Source of the DNA: Eledone cirrhosa
Lineage: Eukaryota
DNA: 64,000 nt
Assembly (NCBI GenBank): GCA_964016885.1
Contig: OZ024740.1
Span: 101,122,001 to 101,186,000, forward strand
Direction: 5' to 3'
Shown one piece after another: positions 51,601 to 63,042 of this stretch (the first letter of the stretch is position 1; every line of letters begins with the position of its first letter). The notes below the pieces were generated by a model. That model saw nothing but the letters and a program-made list of their open reading frames with translations, made no database searches and was not told the origin of the DNA. A program made the position numbers and the translations under genes.

Positions 51601-53101
51601 AGAAAACTAGGTGTTGATGAATGGCTTGTGAGAGCTATACAAGCCACGTATAAAGAAACAGTCAGTAAAGTTAGAATTAACAACGAATACAGTGAAGAGT
51701 TTAGTGTAAAAGTTGCTGTTCATGAAGCTCTATCCTTAGTCCTCTCCTATTTATTATTGCCCTTCAGGCTATAACAGAGGAGTTCAAGACCATGGCAACT
51801 TCTAACCCATATGATCTAACTCTCAAACATGGAAGCATGGCCTAGAATCAAAAGGCTTTAAAATTAACTTGTCTAAGACTAAAGTTCTAGTATGTAGAAA
51901 GGAAAATAGGGTACAGGTACCCTCTAGGAAATGGCCATGATCTGTGTGTAGGAAAGGAGTAGGCATAAATTCCATAGATGCAAACTATGGGTACATAAAA
52001 GATGTAGTGGGATCACAGGTAAGCTATCTAAGAACGTAGATTTTATATGTGGCCGATGCTCAGGTGCAATATGTAGCAAGTGCCTACAGGATACTAGCTC
52101 CTTCTATTGCCCAGATGGTTCTATAGAAATAGTGGACACCTTCCGTTACCTGGGTGACAAAATCAGCAGTAGTGGAGGGTGCTCTGAAAGTACAGTAACC
52201 AGAGTCAGAACGGGATGGAAAAAGTTCAGAGAGCTTATACCACTATTGACCACTAAAGGTTTCTCTCTAAAAATGAAAGGCAGATTGTATGATGCCTGTA
52301 TACGAACAGCAATGTTACATGACAGTCAGACATGGGCTTTGTGTGCAGAAGATCTACGCAGACCGGAGAGGAACGAAGCATCCATACTCTGTTGGATGTG
52401 TAATAGTAATATACACGAACAGCAAAGCATAAATGAACTAAGTGAGAAATTAGGAATAAGAAGGATCAGATGCTGTTTACTCGAAAGAAGACTACGTTGG
52501 TATGGTCACGTGATGCGCATGAAAGATGACAGTTGTATAAAAAAAGTGCTGGGCGATCAAAATTGATGGAAGTTACAGAGTAGGTAGACCCAGAAAAACC
52601 TGGGACGACTTGATAAATTCTGACCTTACACACTTAAACCTCTCTAAGACAATATCACTGGACCGAGAGCTTTGGCGCTACACAGTAATTCAGAAGACCC
52701 GCCTTGCCTATGTACAAAGCGAAACCTAGTCAGTAGGCACCTCTTAACCAAATATATACCCCATCCCACTACCCCTACTCCACCCCAACCCCACTCCCAC
52801 CAACACCACCCTTTCTCTGTAAAGTTATGTTGGTACCACAACATCCAGTCCAAAATAAATGAGGTCGTGTAGGTGTCACGACAAAAAGAACACACAGTCC
52901 ATGCTGTAATGTGGTTGTGTAGGTAACACGGTAAAAACCTCCCAGTTCCACACTGTAAACATGGTTGGTGTTAGGAAGGGCATCCAGCCGTAAAAAACCT
53001 GCCAGACAGCCCTATATGAGCGAGACATGGTCACCCGACCAATCTTGCCTCAAGTAGGACAATTCTCGTGGAAGATAGACGTTAAACGTTGATGATGGTG
53101 A
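45687..53101 (+). mobile_element. Nearly full-length RTE LINE (family A), interrupted by a Tx1-like element
   Basis: APE domain in ORF 45841..46569 (GTMNVGTL, VQETRW, SAYAPQ, AGDLN); resumes at 50285 (SQIDYIL, NYRGI, QFGF, FRYLG); 3' UTR ends GACGTTAAACGTTGATGAT. Splits an old CORE SINE. Confidence 0.92.
46581..50284 (+). mobile_element. Tx1-like LINE (second family): ORF1 tail plus broken ORF2
   Basis: ORF2 from ATG 46738 (SVNVRGL, VYAP, GDWN, SYLDR, GPGYWKLN, DKSKAFDRVDH, AYADD, CPRCEQD) to ~50052; 3' end CTTGTAGCAAATAAAGCAATA. Confidence 0.93.
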
Positions 53102-53199
53102 TGCTTAAGAAAACTATACTACACTATCCTGTTTGAGAATTAAACACTTGACGTTATGACTATCAGCCTAACACCCTAAACACTAAACCATGCACCTTC

Positions 53200-53480
53200 C
53201 TATTAATGCTAAACCATTCTCTTATCTCTATTGTGGTCTGTCTTTCATTCAGGTTAACATTGCATGTCTAGTGGAATCATTTCCATCCAGCCTTAGTTGA
53301 TATTCTCCACATCCATTGCCTATGTTCCACAACCATGTAATATCACACTTCCTTCCCCCACTTCGAAAAGTCTACATTTTATATGAGAAGTGAAATTCTT
53401 TACTGCCATCAGAGAAATCAACTCTCTGAACTTCTTGAAATAGTTTTTTTTTTTTTTTTTTGCTATAGCTACAATACAAT
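53200..53480 (-). mobile_element. Old RTE fragment
   Basis: KKFRELISLMAVKNF...RLFE...ILHGCGT resembles KKFRELIPLLAAKGF...RLYD...MLHGSET. Confidence 0.7.
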
Positions 53481-55534
53481 CCCTACTACAACATTTGTTG
53501 CTGTTTAACATCCTACAATTATTTAGCAGGAAATATCTAAAATTGTATTTGTTAATTGAAGTGTTTACATTATCTTCACTACTGGACAAAAAATTGTTAC
53601 AAAATTTTTTATGTGATGCAGTCATATGCTTTTCAAGAATATTTTCCTAATGCAATTTCATGTGATACATGAGGTAAAGGTTTAGCAATGAATTTGCCTA
53701 GTTAACAGGTGCTACCTTTTATCTTTGGCAACCATGCTTCCTTAATTTATTCATTCTTAATAATGAAATACCTGAATGGAAGCTTTATAATTTTATGTAC
53801 TGAAGGTCTACTAAGAGGTTGATATAAAAGAAATACAAGGCAAATTTTGAAATTTGTACAACAGAATAGACATTTCTCTATCAGGTGCTAAGATAATGTC
53901 ATGTATTCTTCATTACTTTACTTGGAATGGAGCAAAGTATTCAGGAATTGTAAGTAAGTTAGTATACTTGCTAGCAGGAATGCTTGAATTTAACTCTTTT
54001 TAAATCTATTGTATTCTGTCACTCCTTACTTTACAGTTGGGTGATTTAAATTGAAACAGTCATTTCAAAGCCTAATTGATCCTAAATTTCCCAAAGCAAA
54101 TACTGGAATTGGAAGAATTCTTTCTCTGACACAAGCAATGGAAGCTGAATGTAGAACTGTCAACAAATTACAAAGTGATGAAATTATTCCATCTCAGTAT
54201 AGTAAACTCCAACTTAACTATTTCGGCAGCACCTATCTATTTCCATTCAACTCCCTAGCACCAAGTCATCATGCTGTTTGTACAGACTCTGTGATTCATA
54301 ACTAAGTGCCAATGTAACATGACTCAATAAATGATATTTATCTTTCTTTTATTTCTATTTTTTTCTAGCTTCTTTCATGAATGAACGAAAATATCTGTAG
54401 CTAGAGAGTTGGGAGATATTCATAGCAGTAGACATGTCTTCATGATAAATGACTGGCTAGTGTTCAGTTTGATATTAGAATTCGATTATTTCTGGATCTC
54501 TTTGATAATTATTACTATGAGTAATGACAAAGTGCCATGAACAAAGTCTCTACAGTGTTATAGAAAAAGAAAATCTAGATGCTTAATGCAAAGCTTATGA
54601 GAAGGGCTTTCAAATGATTATATTGATTTGATTATTTCTTCTTGTTCTAAAGATGAAAGCCATAGCAGAATATAACATCCCATTGGGTTCTTGTAGATAT
54701 CAGAGAGATATCACAATGATAGAATGGAATGAATGCAAAAGACTAGAACAATAAATGCTTCAATTTGAATTGTACTTGAACTTTAATCCTTCTATATACA
54801 CAGGTATTTGAGAATATATCATCCCTTCCAGTCAATAAAAGACAATAAGTCAACCTCTTAAAAGGCTAATTTCTCTAATTATCAATCCCTCAAACATAGA
54901 TCTTCACAAAAGCTGAATAGGATATATTTCCTTTCATTCACTTTATCATTGCAATAATGACCGTCTCAACTCCTTGAACTATACCTAGACACACAATTGA
55001 ACCTGTGGCAAATAATTTACATAGTCACTTGACAAACATCTTGAAGCGTTTAACATTTTTCATATCAACTAACCTGCTTGAGTCTGCTTCTGATTCAATT
55101 TATATAGACCACACATTTTAAATTGTCCGTATTTAAATTAATAATTTCCATCATGATTTCATGTAAGAAGTTTCTGTTAAGTTGCATTCTAAACTCCAGC
55201 TTAAATAATGATAAAGTCAGTTATTTTACCAAAGCCTCCAGAAGTCATGATTTTTTCCTAAATGAATTGAAATACACAATGTATTTCATTATAAATATGG
55301 TGATGAAAGGGTTATAATGGCATACCATGATCAAAATCCTACATTTTAGTGTAATATTCTTTGCAATAAAGATTATGCCTAGATTACTGATCAAATGATA
55401 TTCTTTTATAATGGTTAATTCCATGATATATATTCAGTCAGCTAGGAACTAAATGTATCAATACAATAGTAAAAGTAATACACTTATTCTTTCTCATCTC
55501 ACACTAAAAAATATCAGAAATTTGTTTCCACATG

Positions 55535-55790
55535 TATGGCTATGTGGTTAAGGAGTTTGCTTTGCAGTCCCATGGTTTTACATTTAATCCTATCATGTAG
55601 CACCTCAGCAAGTTTCTTTTGGGTGCCATGAAAGGGGAATTTGATAGATGGAAATTGAAAAGCCTTTCACATTTATATGTGTTTGTGTCTGTATTTATGT
55701 TCTGTAACCTAGCAGTTCGACAAAACAAAAGATGAATAAAACAAGTACTTGACTTGAAAAAATAATTACTGGGGTTGTTATGATAAACTA
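55535..55790 (+). mobile_element. Old tRNA-derived SINE
   Basis: tggctatgtggttaaggagtttgct...cacctcagcaagt...gaatttgatagatggaaattgaaa. Confidence 0.55.
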
Positions 55791-55819
55791 AACACTAGCC
55801 TGAAACTAGTGATATAATA

Positions 55820-56025
55820 GTTTCTGATTTAGGCACAAGTTCTGGGGAAGGGGAAAGTCGATTAAATCAAATCAGTGTATTACTGGTACTTTATTTTATC
55901 GACCTTGTATGGACAAAAGGCAAAACTAACCGTGGTGGGATTTGAACTTAGAACATAAAAGGCCATAACTCTATGCGATAAAGTATGTTATCCAATGCTC
56001 TACCAATACTGCCAATGCACCACCC
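55820..56025 (-). mobile_element. Meta/MESC-type SINE
   Basis: tactggtactttattttatcgacc...gggatttgaact...ctaccaatactgccaat. Confidence 0.8.
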
Positions 56026-57287
56026 AAGTAATACAATAAAAGAAAAGAATATTGTATATTTTCTTTAAACTATAAATATCTTTTTTTTTTCATCTCCCTT
56101 TTATCTAATGTACAGTCAAGGTGGGCACATCAGTGTCTATAATCTTTTTTCAAGACCCCTGGGACTAGTGAGAGGGAAGAAATATCTTTAAGCTGAAGCC
56201 CTGGCTGAACAGAGTGGATTTCACTAAAGAAGGCACCAAAGGGTATAGTGATATTGTTTAAACTGGGCAATAGATCAAGTTAACTACCCTACTAAGCCAC
56301 AGTAGAATTTGAATTCAAAACACTAAGTACCAGAAGAAATACCACAAGGCATCTCATCGAAGATTATAATAATTCTGCCAATCTGCTACAATGAATTTGT
56401 TCTTTATTTTAACAACCCTAAAAGAATGAATATTTCGTCCCCTGTTCTAATAACTTGCCATTTCCTCACCTATGTAATGTTAAATATATAAAGCTAACCC
56501 TCTCATGATCCATATTGTCTAAGACGTGTTAAATGCTGTTTCTTTATAATGAAATCATTGTAAGAGAAATCTTTCCTGGATAGTATTCCAGGTAAATGGA
56601 TAATGAATTCCTTTAAATCCCTCAACACTATCACACTTCAAAATAATTATCTCTCATTGGCTAAATCTACTTACTTTGCTGTAGTTGTTTTCCAATTTAG
56701 CTCAAATAAAGGAGATCTATATTCAAAGATATTCTAGCTGTGATGATCCTAATGTTTTCTCCAGACATATTGTACATACCTTAGATTATATTGGCTAATA
56801 CATCTTGTGTTTTCTTCAGAGAGTATTGTAATTTGAGAGAGATTTGATAGATGCATTTAGTAGCTTAAGTAACCATATAGAGACACTCTTGTTGGTGTCA
56901 TTCTATATTGATTCACCAGTGCTATAAGAAATATAGCTAATGTGAGCCTTGTACAATTACAAGTATATGAAAGACTTACACTATTGAAGTTGGATTCAGG
57001 ATCACTAAATATCATAATGAGCACCCTAATGTTTTAATTAGGTAGTGCTAGTCCACAATAAAATAACCTCTTTCCATCTTGTAATGTGGTAATGATGGTG
57101 CCACAACAAAAACCATCCAGTCCACCTTATAATGTGGTAGAGACAGAGCCATGATAAAATGTAATAACATGCTCCCAGTACACAATGTAAAATGACTGGC
57201 ATAAGAAAATGTAAACAGGAGTAAAAACCAAGCCAAAATGCAATGTACAAGCATAAGCTAGTCACCTGACTGGTTTGGTCTCAACAC

Positions 57288-57393
57288 ATGCAACCATGGG
57301 GAAAATAGATATTAAATGGTGATAATGATGATGATGATATATATATATCATCATCATCTTTATCACCATTTAATATCTATTTTCCATGCTTGC

Positions 57394-57395
<2 letters not shown>
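57288..57395. repeat. Fold-back palindrome of an RTE-type 3' tail centred on (TA)n
   Basis: ggaaaatagatattaaatggtgataa.gatgatgatgat-ATATAT-atcatcatcatc.ttatcaccatttaatatctattttcc. Confidence 0.85.
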
Positions 57396-57433
<38 letters not shown>

Positions 57434-57546
57434 TCCAGTTCCTTGGAGGACTAACAACACACCTGGAGCTGGACTTATCGATGGATTGACAGAGTGGAAC
57501 ACATTTCAACACCAAGTTTACCTGTTTTTTCTACATCAATTTGTAG

Positions 57547-57597
57547 TGCCTGATGAGGTTACAGCCAATAATGGCTGTCACTGAAAAATATATAGCA
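57547..57597 (+). ncRNA. Type I hammerhead motif with long stem II
   Basis: tgc CTGATGA ggttacagcca-ataa-tggctgtcact GAAA aatata TA gca, inside a (TA)n-bounded island 57431-57747. Confidence 0.6.
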
Positions 57598-57760
57598 GAG
57601 AATTTATAATAAACGAAGCCAAATTTAACATGTTTGACTTACTTATTTTACATTACTCCGGAGTAAACAAACCAACCTGTGTACTTCGCCGAGTGCTCCA
57701 ACCTGCATACTAAGATGTCGGTAAACAACCAACACATACTCAAAATTTATATATATATAT

Positions 57761-60700
57761 AGGAGAAATCGTAGAGATGCTAGAGTGGAAGGAACTGGAT
57801 GTATGCTGTGTGCAAGAGATTAGATGGAGAGGAGAGTCTGCTAGAGCCCTTGTAGGAAAAAGTCAGTGCTATAAGTTTTTCTGAGTGGGACATGACGATG
57901 GGATGGGTGGTGTAGGTACTCTACTAGCTGACAAGTGGGTAGATAAAGTAATCTCAGTGAACAGGGTAAATGCAAGAATCATTAAACTCAGACTAGTCCT
58001 GAATAAAACAATCACCACAATAATATCAGCTTACGCACCCCAATCGGGATTGCCAGACGAACTTAAGGATAGGTTTTACGAGTCCCTAATGCACACTACT
58101 GCTTTAACAAACGACAATGACTTCCTAATAATTGCAGGAGATTTTAACGGACACGTAGGTAAACACTGTGACGGCTTCAATAGAGTCCATGGAGGCCATG
58201 GGGTTGGAGCAAGAAATGAAGAAGGATTCAGACTTCTAGAATTCTGCAACGCCAATGACATTTCGATATGTAACACAAACGTAAAAAACCCGACAACCAC
58301 CTGATCACCTATAGATCAGGGGAGCATTCTAGTCAGATAGATTTTATCCTCATCAGAGGACGTGACAGATGGATGGTCATAAACACAAAAGCCTTCCCTA
58401 GTGAGGAATGTACCTCCCAACATATTTTAGTTGTTAGCGACCTCACGGTCAGAACTAGACAAACCTGGAAACAGAGGCCAACCTGGATAAAAAAGATCTG
58501 GAAGCTGAAAGACCCCTCAGCCAGTAACAGATTTAAAGATATTTTACTCAACGTCTACGACAGTAGAGAAGAACAGATAGAGACATTCAATGGAGAAGAG
58601 CACTGGGAGTTCCTAAAAAATAACTTACTAGAGGCGACGGATGAGGTCTGTGGCTGGAGTAAGACCACAAGCAGGAGGAGAGTGACTAGGTGGTGGAACA
58701 ATAAGGTAGATGAGGCAGTTAAGGTCAAGAGACAGGCATAGAAAGAATGGAAGAATGGGGGGAGCAGGGTACATTACATAGAGACCAAGAGGGAAGCTAG
58801 GCGACAAGTATACTTAGCTAGGAGAAAAGCAGAGGAGAGAAAATTCAAGCATGTTTTGCAACGTGAGGACCAGAAACAGGTATTCAAGACTGCGAGGCAT
58901 GTGATGTTATTGGAGAGAAGTGTATCCAGAATGATAAAGGTGAGCTTGCCCTCACAAGTGCTGAGAAGAAAGATGCATGGAAGAGCCATTATGATAGATT
59001 ACTAAATGAGGAGAATGCATGGGAAGAAGAGACCCTACCCTAAGTAGACCCTATAGAGGGGCCAGCAGTACAAATCAGCAGCAGCGTAGTAAGTAAAGCA
59101 ATCAAAGATATGAAGATGGGGAAGGCAACCGGTCCATCAGGTATAGCTGCCGAGATGCTGAAGGCATCTGGTTCTGTAGGTCACACTATAACCACACGTA
59201 TTGTTAACCAGGTAATACTAGAAGGTGTCATACCAAAAGATTGGTGCAGTAGCATCATTGTCAACTGCTACAAAGGTAAAGGTGATGCACTAGATAGAGG
59301 AAATTATAGAGGTATAAAGCTAATGGACCAGGTCATGAAAGTAACAGAAACAGTTATAGCACAGTTGATTAGGGACCGGGTGAAACTAAATGAGATGCAA
59401 TTTGGGTTTGTACCAGGAAGTGGCACAACTGATGCCCTCTTCCTTGTGAGGCAGTTACAGGAAAAGTACCTAGCTAAAAGTAAGCCGCTCTACCTGGCAT
59501 TCGTCGATCTCGAGAAAGCTTTTGACAGAGTTCCACGTGCGATAATCTGGTGCGCTCTTAGAAAACTAGGAGTAGATGAATGGCTTGTGAAAGCTGTACA
59601 AGCCATGTATAGGGGAGCAGTCAGCAAAGTTAGGATTAGCAATGAGTATAGCGAGGATGTTAGTGTACAGGTTGGTGTCCACCAGGTCTCTGTTCTTAGC
59701 CCTCTCCTGTTCATCATAGTCCTGCAGGCAATAACGGTGGAGTTTAAGACTGGATGCCCATGGGAACTCCTGTATGCAGATGACCTCACACTTATAGCTG
59801 AATCTATGGTTGAACTACAGAAGAAATTCCAAACTTGGAAGCAGGGACTAGAAAGAAAGGGTTTGAAAGTCAACCTGACAAAGACTACGGTCCTTGTAAG
59901 TAGACTAGTAAACAGAACCCAGGCCTCCTCAGGGAAATGGCTTTGCTCAGTATGTAGAAAAGGTGTAGGTAGGAACTCCATTCTCTGCCTAAAATGCAAA
60001 CAATGGGTACACAAGAAATGTAGCGGGATCTCAGGAAGCTTAATTAAGAATGTAGGCTTCAGATGTAGCAGTTGTCTTGTGACAGCAAGCAGCAAACAGC
60101 CACAGTAAACAAGTACCACCAATCTCTGGGAGGGCTCCGTAGAAACAGTAGACAGCTTCTGCTACCTAGGTGACCGAATTAGCAGCGGAGGTGGGTGTTC
60201 AGAAAGTACAATAACTAGGGTAAAAACGGGATGGAATAAGTTCAGGAAACTACTGCCACTGCTAGCTGCAAAAGGCTTTTCCCTCAAAATGAAAGGCAGA
60301 CTGTATGATGCGTGTATGCGAACAGCTATGTTACATGGTAGTGAGACCTGGGCACTGAAGGTGGAAGACTTACGTAGATTAGAAAGAAACGAAGCCTGCA
60401 TGCTCCGACAGATGTGTAATAGTAATATACGCGAACGGCAAAGCATAAATGAATTGAGAGAGAGACTGAGCAAAAGAGGAATCAAATGCTGTGTGCAGGA
60501 GAGGCGGTTGCGTTGATATGGACATGTGATGCGTATGAAGGATGACAGCTGCATAAAAAGGTGCAGAGCACTAGAAGTCAATGGAAACCGCGGAGTGGGG
60601 AGACTCAAGGAAACCTGGGATTCCCATGGGTACAAGCTGAAGCATATAGACAATATGCCCCCACACCCTTCCACTGCAAAGTGGTCGTGGAGGTGCCACG

Positions 60701-60945
60701 GCAAAAAAGCACCGAGCCCACACTGTAAAGTGGACGTGTAGGCGCCACGGAAAAAAGCACCCGCACTCACTGTAAATGAGGCTGGTGTTAGGAAGGGCAT
60801 CCCGCTGTAGAAATCAAGCCAAAATCAGTTCCTGTATGAGCAAGGCATGGTCAGCCGACCAGACACTGCCCACAACAGGACAACCCGTCTAACCCATGCT
60901 AGCATGGAAGAACGGATGTAAAACAGTGATGATGATGATGATGAT
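57761..60945 (+). mobile_element. RTE LINE (family B), 5'-truncated, several stops, deletion near the ORF end
   Basis: APE (SAYAPQ, AGDFN; ORF 57885..58304), RT ORF 59110..60108 (NYRGI, DLEKAFD, YADD, PHD-like insert), 3' UTR shared with the CORE SINE, (GAT)n tail. Confidence 0.95.
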
Positions 60946-61065
60946 GTGTGTGTGTGTGTATATATATATATATGTATGTAAAAGGTAAACAGAAATAACA
61001 ACACAATCGGTATAGTATATGGAAGGTATATATTAGATTAACACTTGATATAGCAGGAAGAGGGT

Positions 61066-61100
61066 CTTAACGTTTCGGACGCTAGTCCTTCATCAGATGA
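61066..61100 (-). ncRNA. Minimal hammerhead motif in a PLE-type terminal fragment (60980-61222)
   Basis: Reverse complement: tcat CTGATGA a-ggac-tagc-gtcc GAAA cgt TA aga. Stem I is imperfect. Confidence 0.6.
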
Positions 61101-61219
61101 AAGAATGAGAAATAAAATAGATCGAAGGGACGGGCGGGATGGGATTGGAAAAAATGTCTTTAGATAAAAATAACAGGTCCATTCATGTTGTCATCTCTTG
61201 TAAAACTGTTGGTGCTGGC

Positions 61220-61269
<50 letters not shown>

Positions 61270-61759
61270 AAAAGAAGGAAAAGAATGACTTCACTTGTAG
61301 TTCTAAATAATTTGATTTAATTTTATAATATTATGAGTTGGTAGATCTAGTAATATAGTAAAAGAGCTAGTCCAACTCACTGAACTTATTCTTACAAATG
61401 GCTATCTCCATCCTGATCACAAATATAGAAAGATGGTTTGGAGAACCAGGATGCCAGATGTTTCCAGTGCTAGCTATGGTTCCAATGATAAGCTTATCTG
61501 TCTTGATAGAGTGTGATCATCAGCTTGTCCCACAACAGAACCTTGATCAGTTGGTGAATTTATGATGTTGCCACTGGAGAAAATATTGCTGGACACATCC
61601 CTGATGAGGGGCTTACTACTGTGGAACAGTATGAGTATGATGCCATCTGAACTTTTGTCATCCTTCACTGTAACTTGCAGATATCATCATCATCATCATC
61701 TTCGTTTAACGTCCATTTTCCACGCTGGCATGGGTGAGACGTATACATACATACATACA

Positions 61760-61793
<34 letters not shown>

Positions 61794-61825
61794 CATACAT
61801 ATATATATATATATACACACATATA

Positions 61826-62495
61826 CATGGCTTATGCAATCGAAAAGTTGTGAGTTCAATTCTCAGACCGGGTGATGTGTTGTTTCCTTGAGCAAGACAC
61901 TTTATTTCACATTGCTCCAGTTTACTCAGCTGTAGAAATGAGATGATAGGACTGGGTTGCATATCATTCCACTGCAAAATGGTCATGGAAGTGCCACAGC
62001 AAAAAAGAACCCAGCACTCACTGTAAATGAGGTTGGTGTTAGGAAAGGCATCCAGCTGTAGAAATCAAGCCAGAATCAGTTCCCGTCCCACCCTGGCAAG
62101 CAGGGAAAAGCGGACGTAAAATGATGATGATGATGATATGGAGGCACATGGCTTAGTGGTTAGAGCATTGGCCTTGCAATCGAAAGGTTGTGAGTTCAAT
62201 TATCAGACCGGGTGATGTGTTGTTTCCTTGAGCAAGACACTTTATTTCACATTGCTCCAGCTAGAAATGAGATGATAGGACTGGGGTCTCTATCATTCCA
62301 CTGCAAAGTGGTCGTGGAGGTGCCACAGCAAAACTCACCCAGCACTCATTGTAAATGAGGTTAGTGTTAGGAAGGGCATCCAGCTGTAGAAATCAAGCCA
62401 GAATCAGTTCCCGTCCCATCCTTGCAAGCAGGGAAAAGCTGATGTAATATGATATGATGATGATGATGATGATGATGATATGATGATGATGATGA
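61826..62495 (+). mobile_element. Two tandem CORE-type SINEs with RTE tails
   Basis: 61826-62137 (small deletion in the head) and 62140-62495, both closely matching 16837-17182. Confidence 0.92.
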
Positions 62496-62508
62496 TATAT
62501 ATATATAT

Positions 62509-63025
62509 CTGGGACGAGCTGATAAACTCCGACCTCACACACTTACACCTCTCCAAGACATTGTCACTAGACCGAGACCTTTGGCGGTACTCAGTAACAG
62601 AGAAGACCAGCCTTACCTAAATATATAGTAAAACCTACTCCAGCCAGTAGGCATCTCTAACAAAATACACCCCGTCCCACCACCACCACCCCCACCCCAT
62701 CCACACCACCCCGTTCTATGTAAATTTATGTTGGTGCCGCGCCATCCAGGCCGAAACAAATGAGATCGTGTAGGTGTCACGACAAAAAAACACACAGTCC
62801 ACGCTGTAATGTGGCCGTGTAGGCAACACGGTAAAAACCTCCCAGACCCATTCCCACACTGTAAATGTGGTTGGTGTTAGGAAGGGCATCCAACTGTAGA
62901 AAACCTGCCAGACAGTCCTATGCGAGCAAGACAATCACTCTTGCCTCAAGTGGGACTACCCCCGTCCAAACCCATGCAAGCGTGGAACACGGACGTTAAA
63001 TGTTGATGATGATGATGATGATGAT
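62509..63025 (+). mobile_element. RTE LINE family A, 3' fragment
   Basis: Nearly identical to 2761-3254. Confidence 0.93.
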
Positions 63026-63042
63026 ATATATATTTATATATA

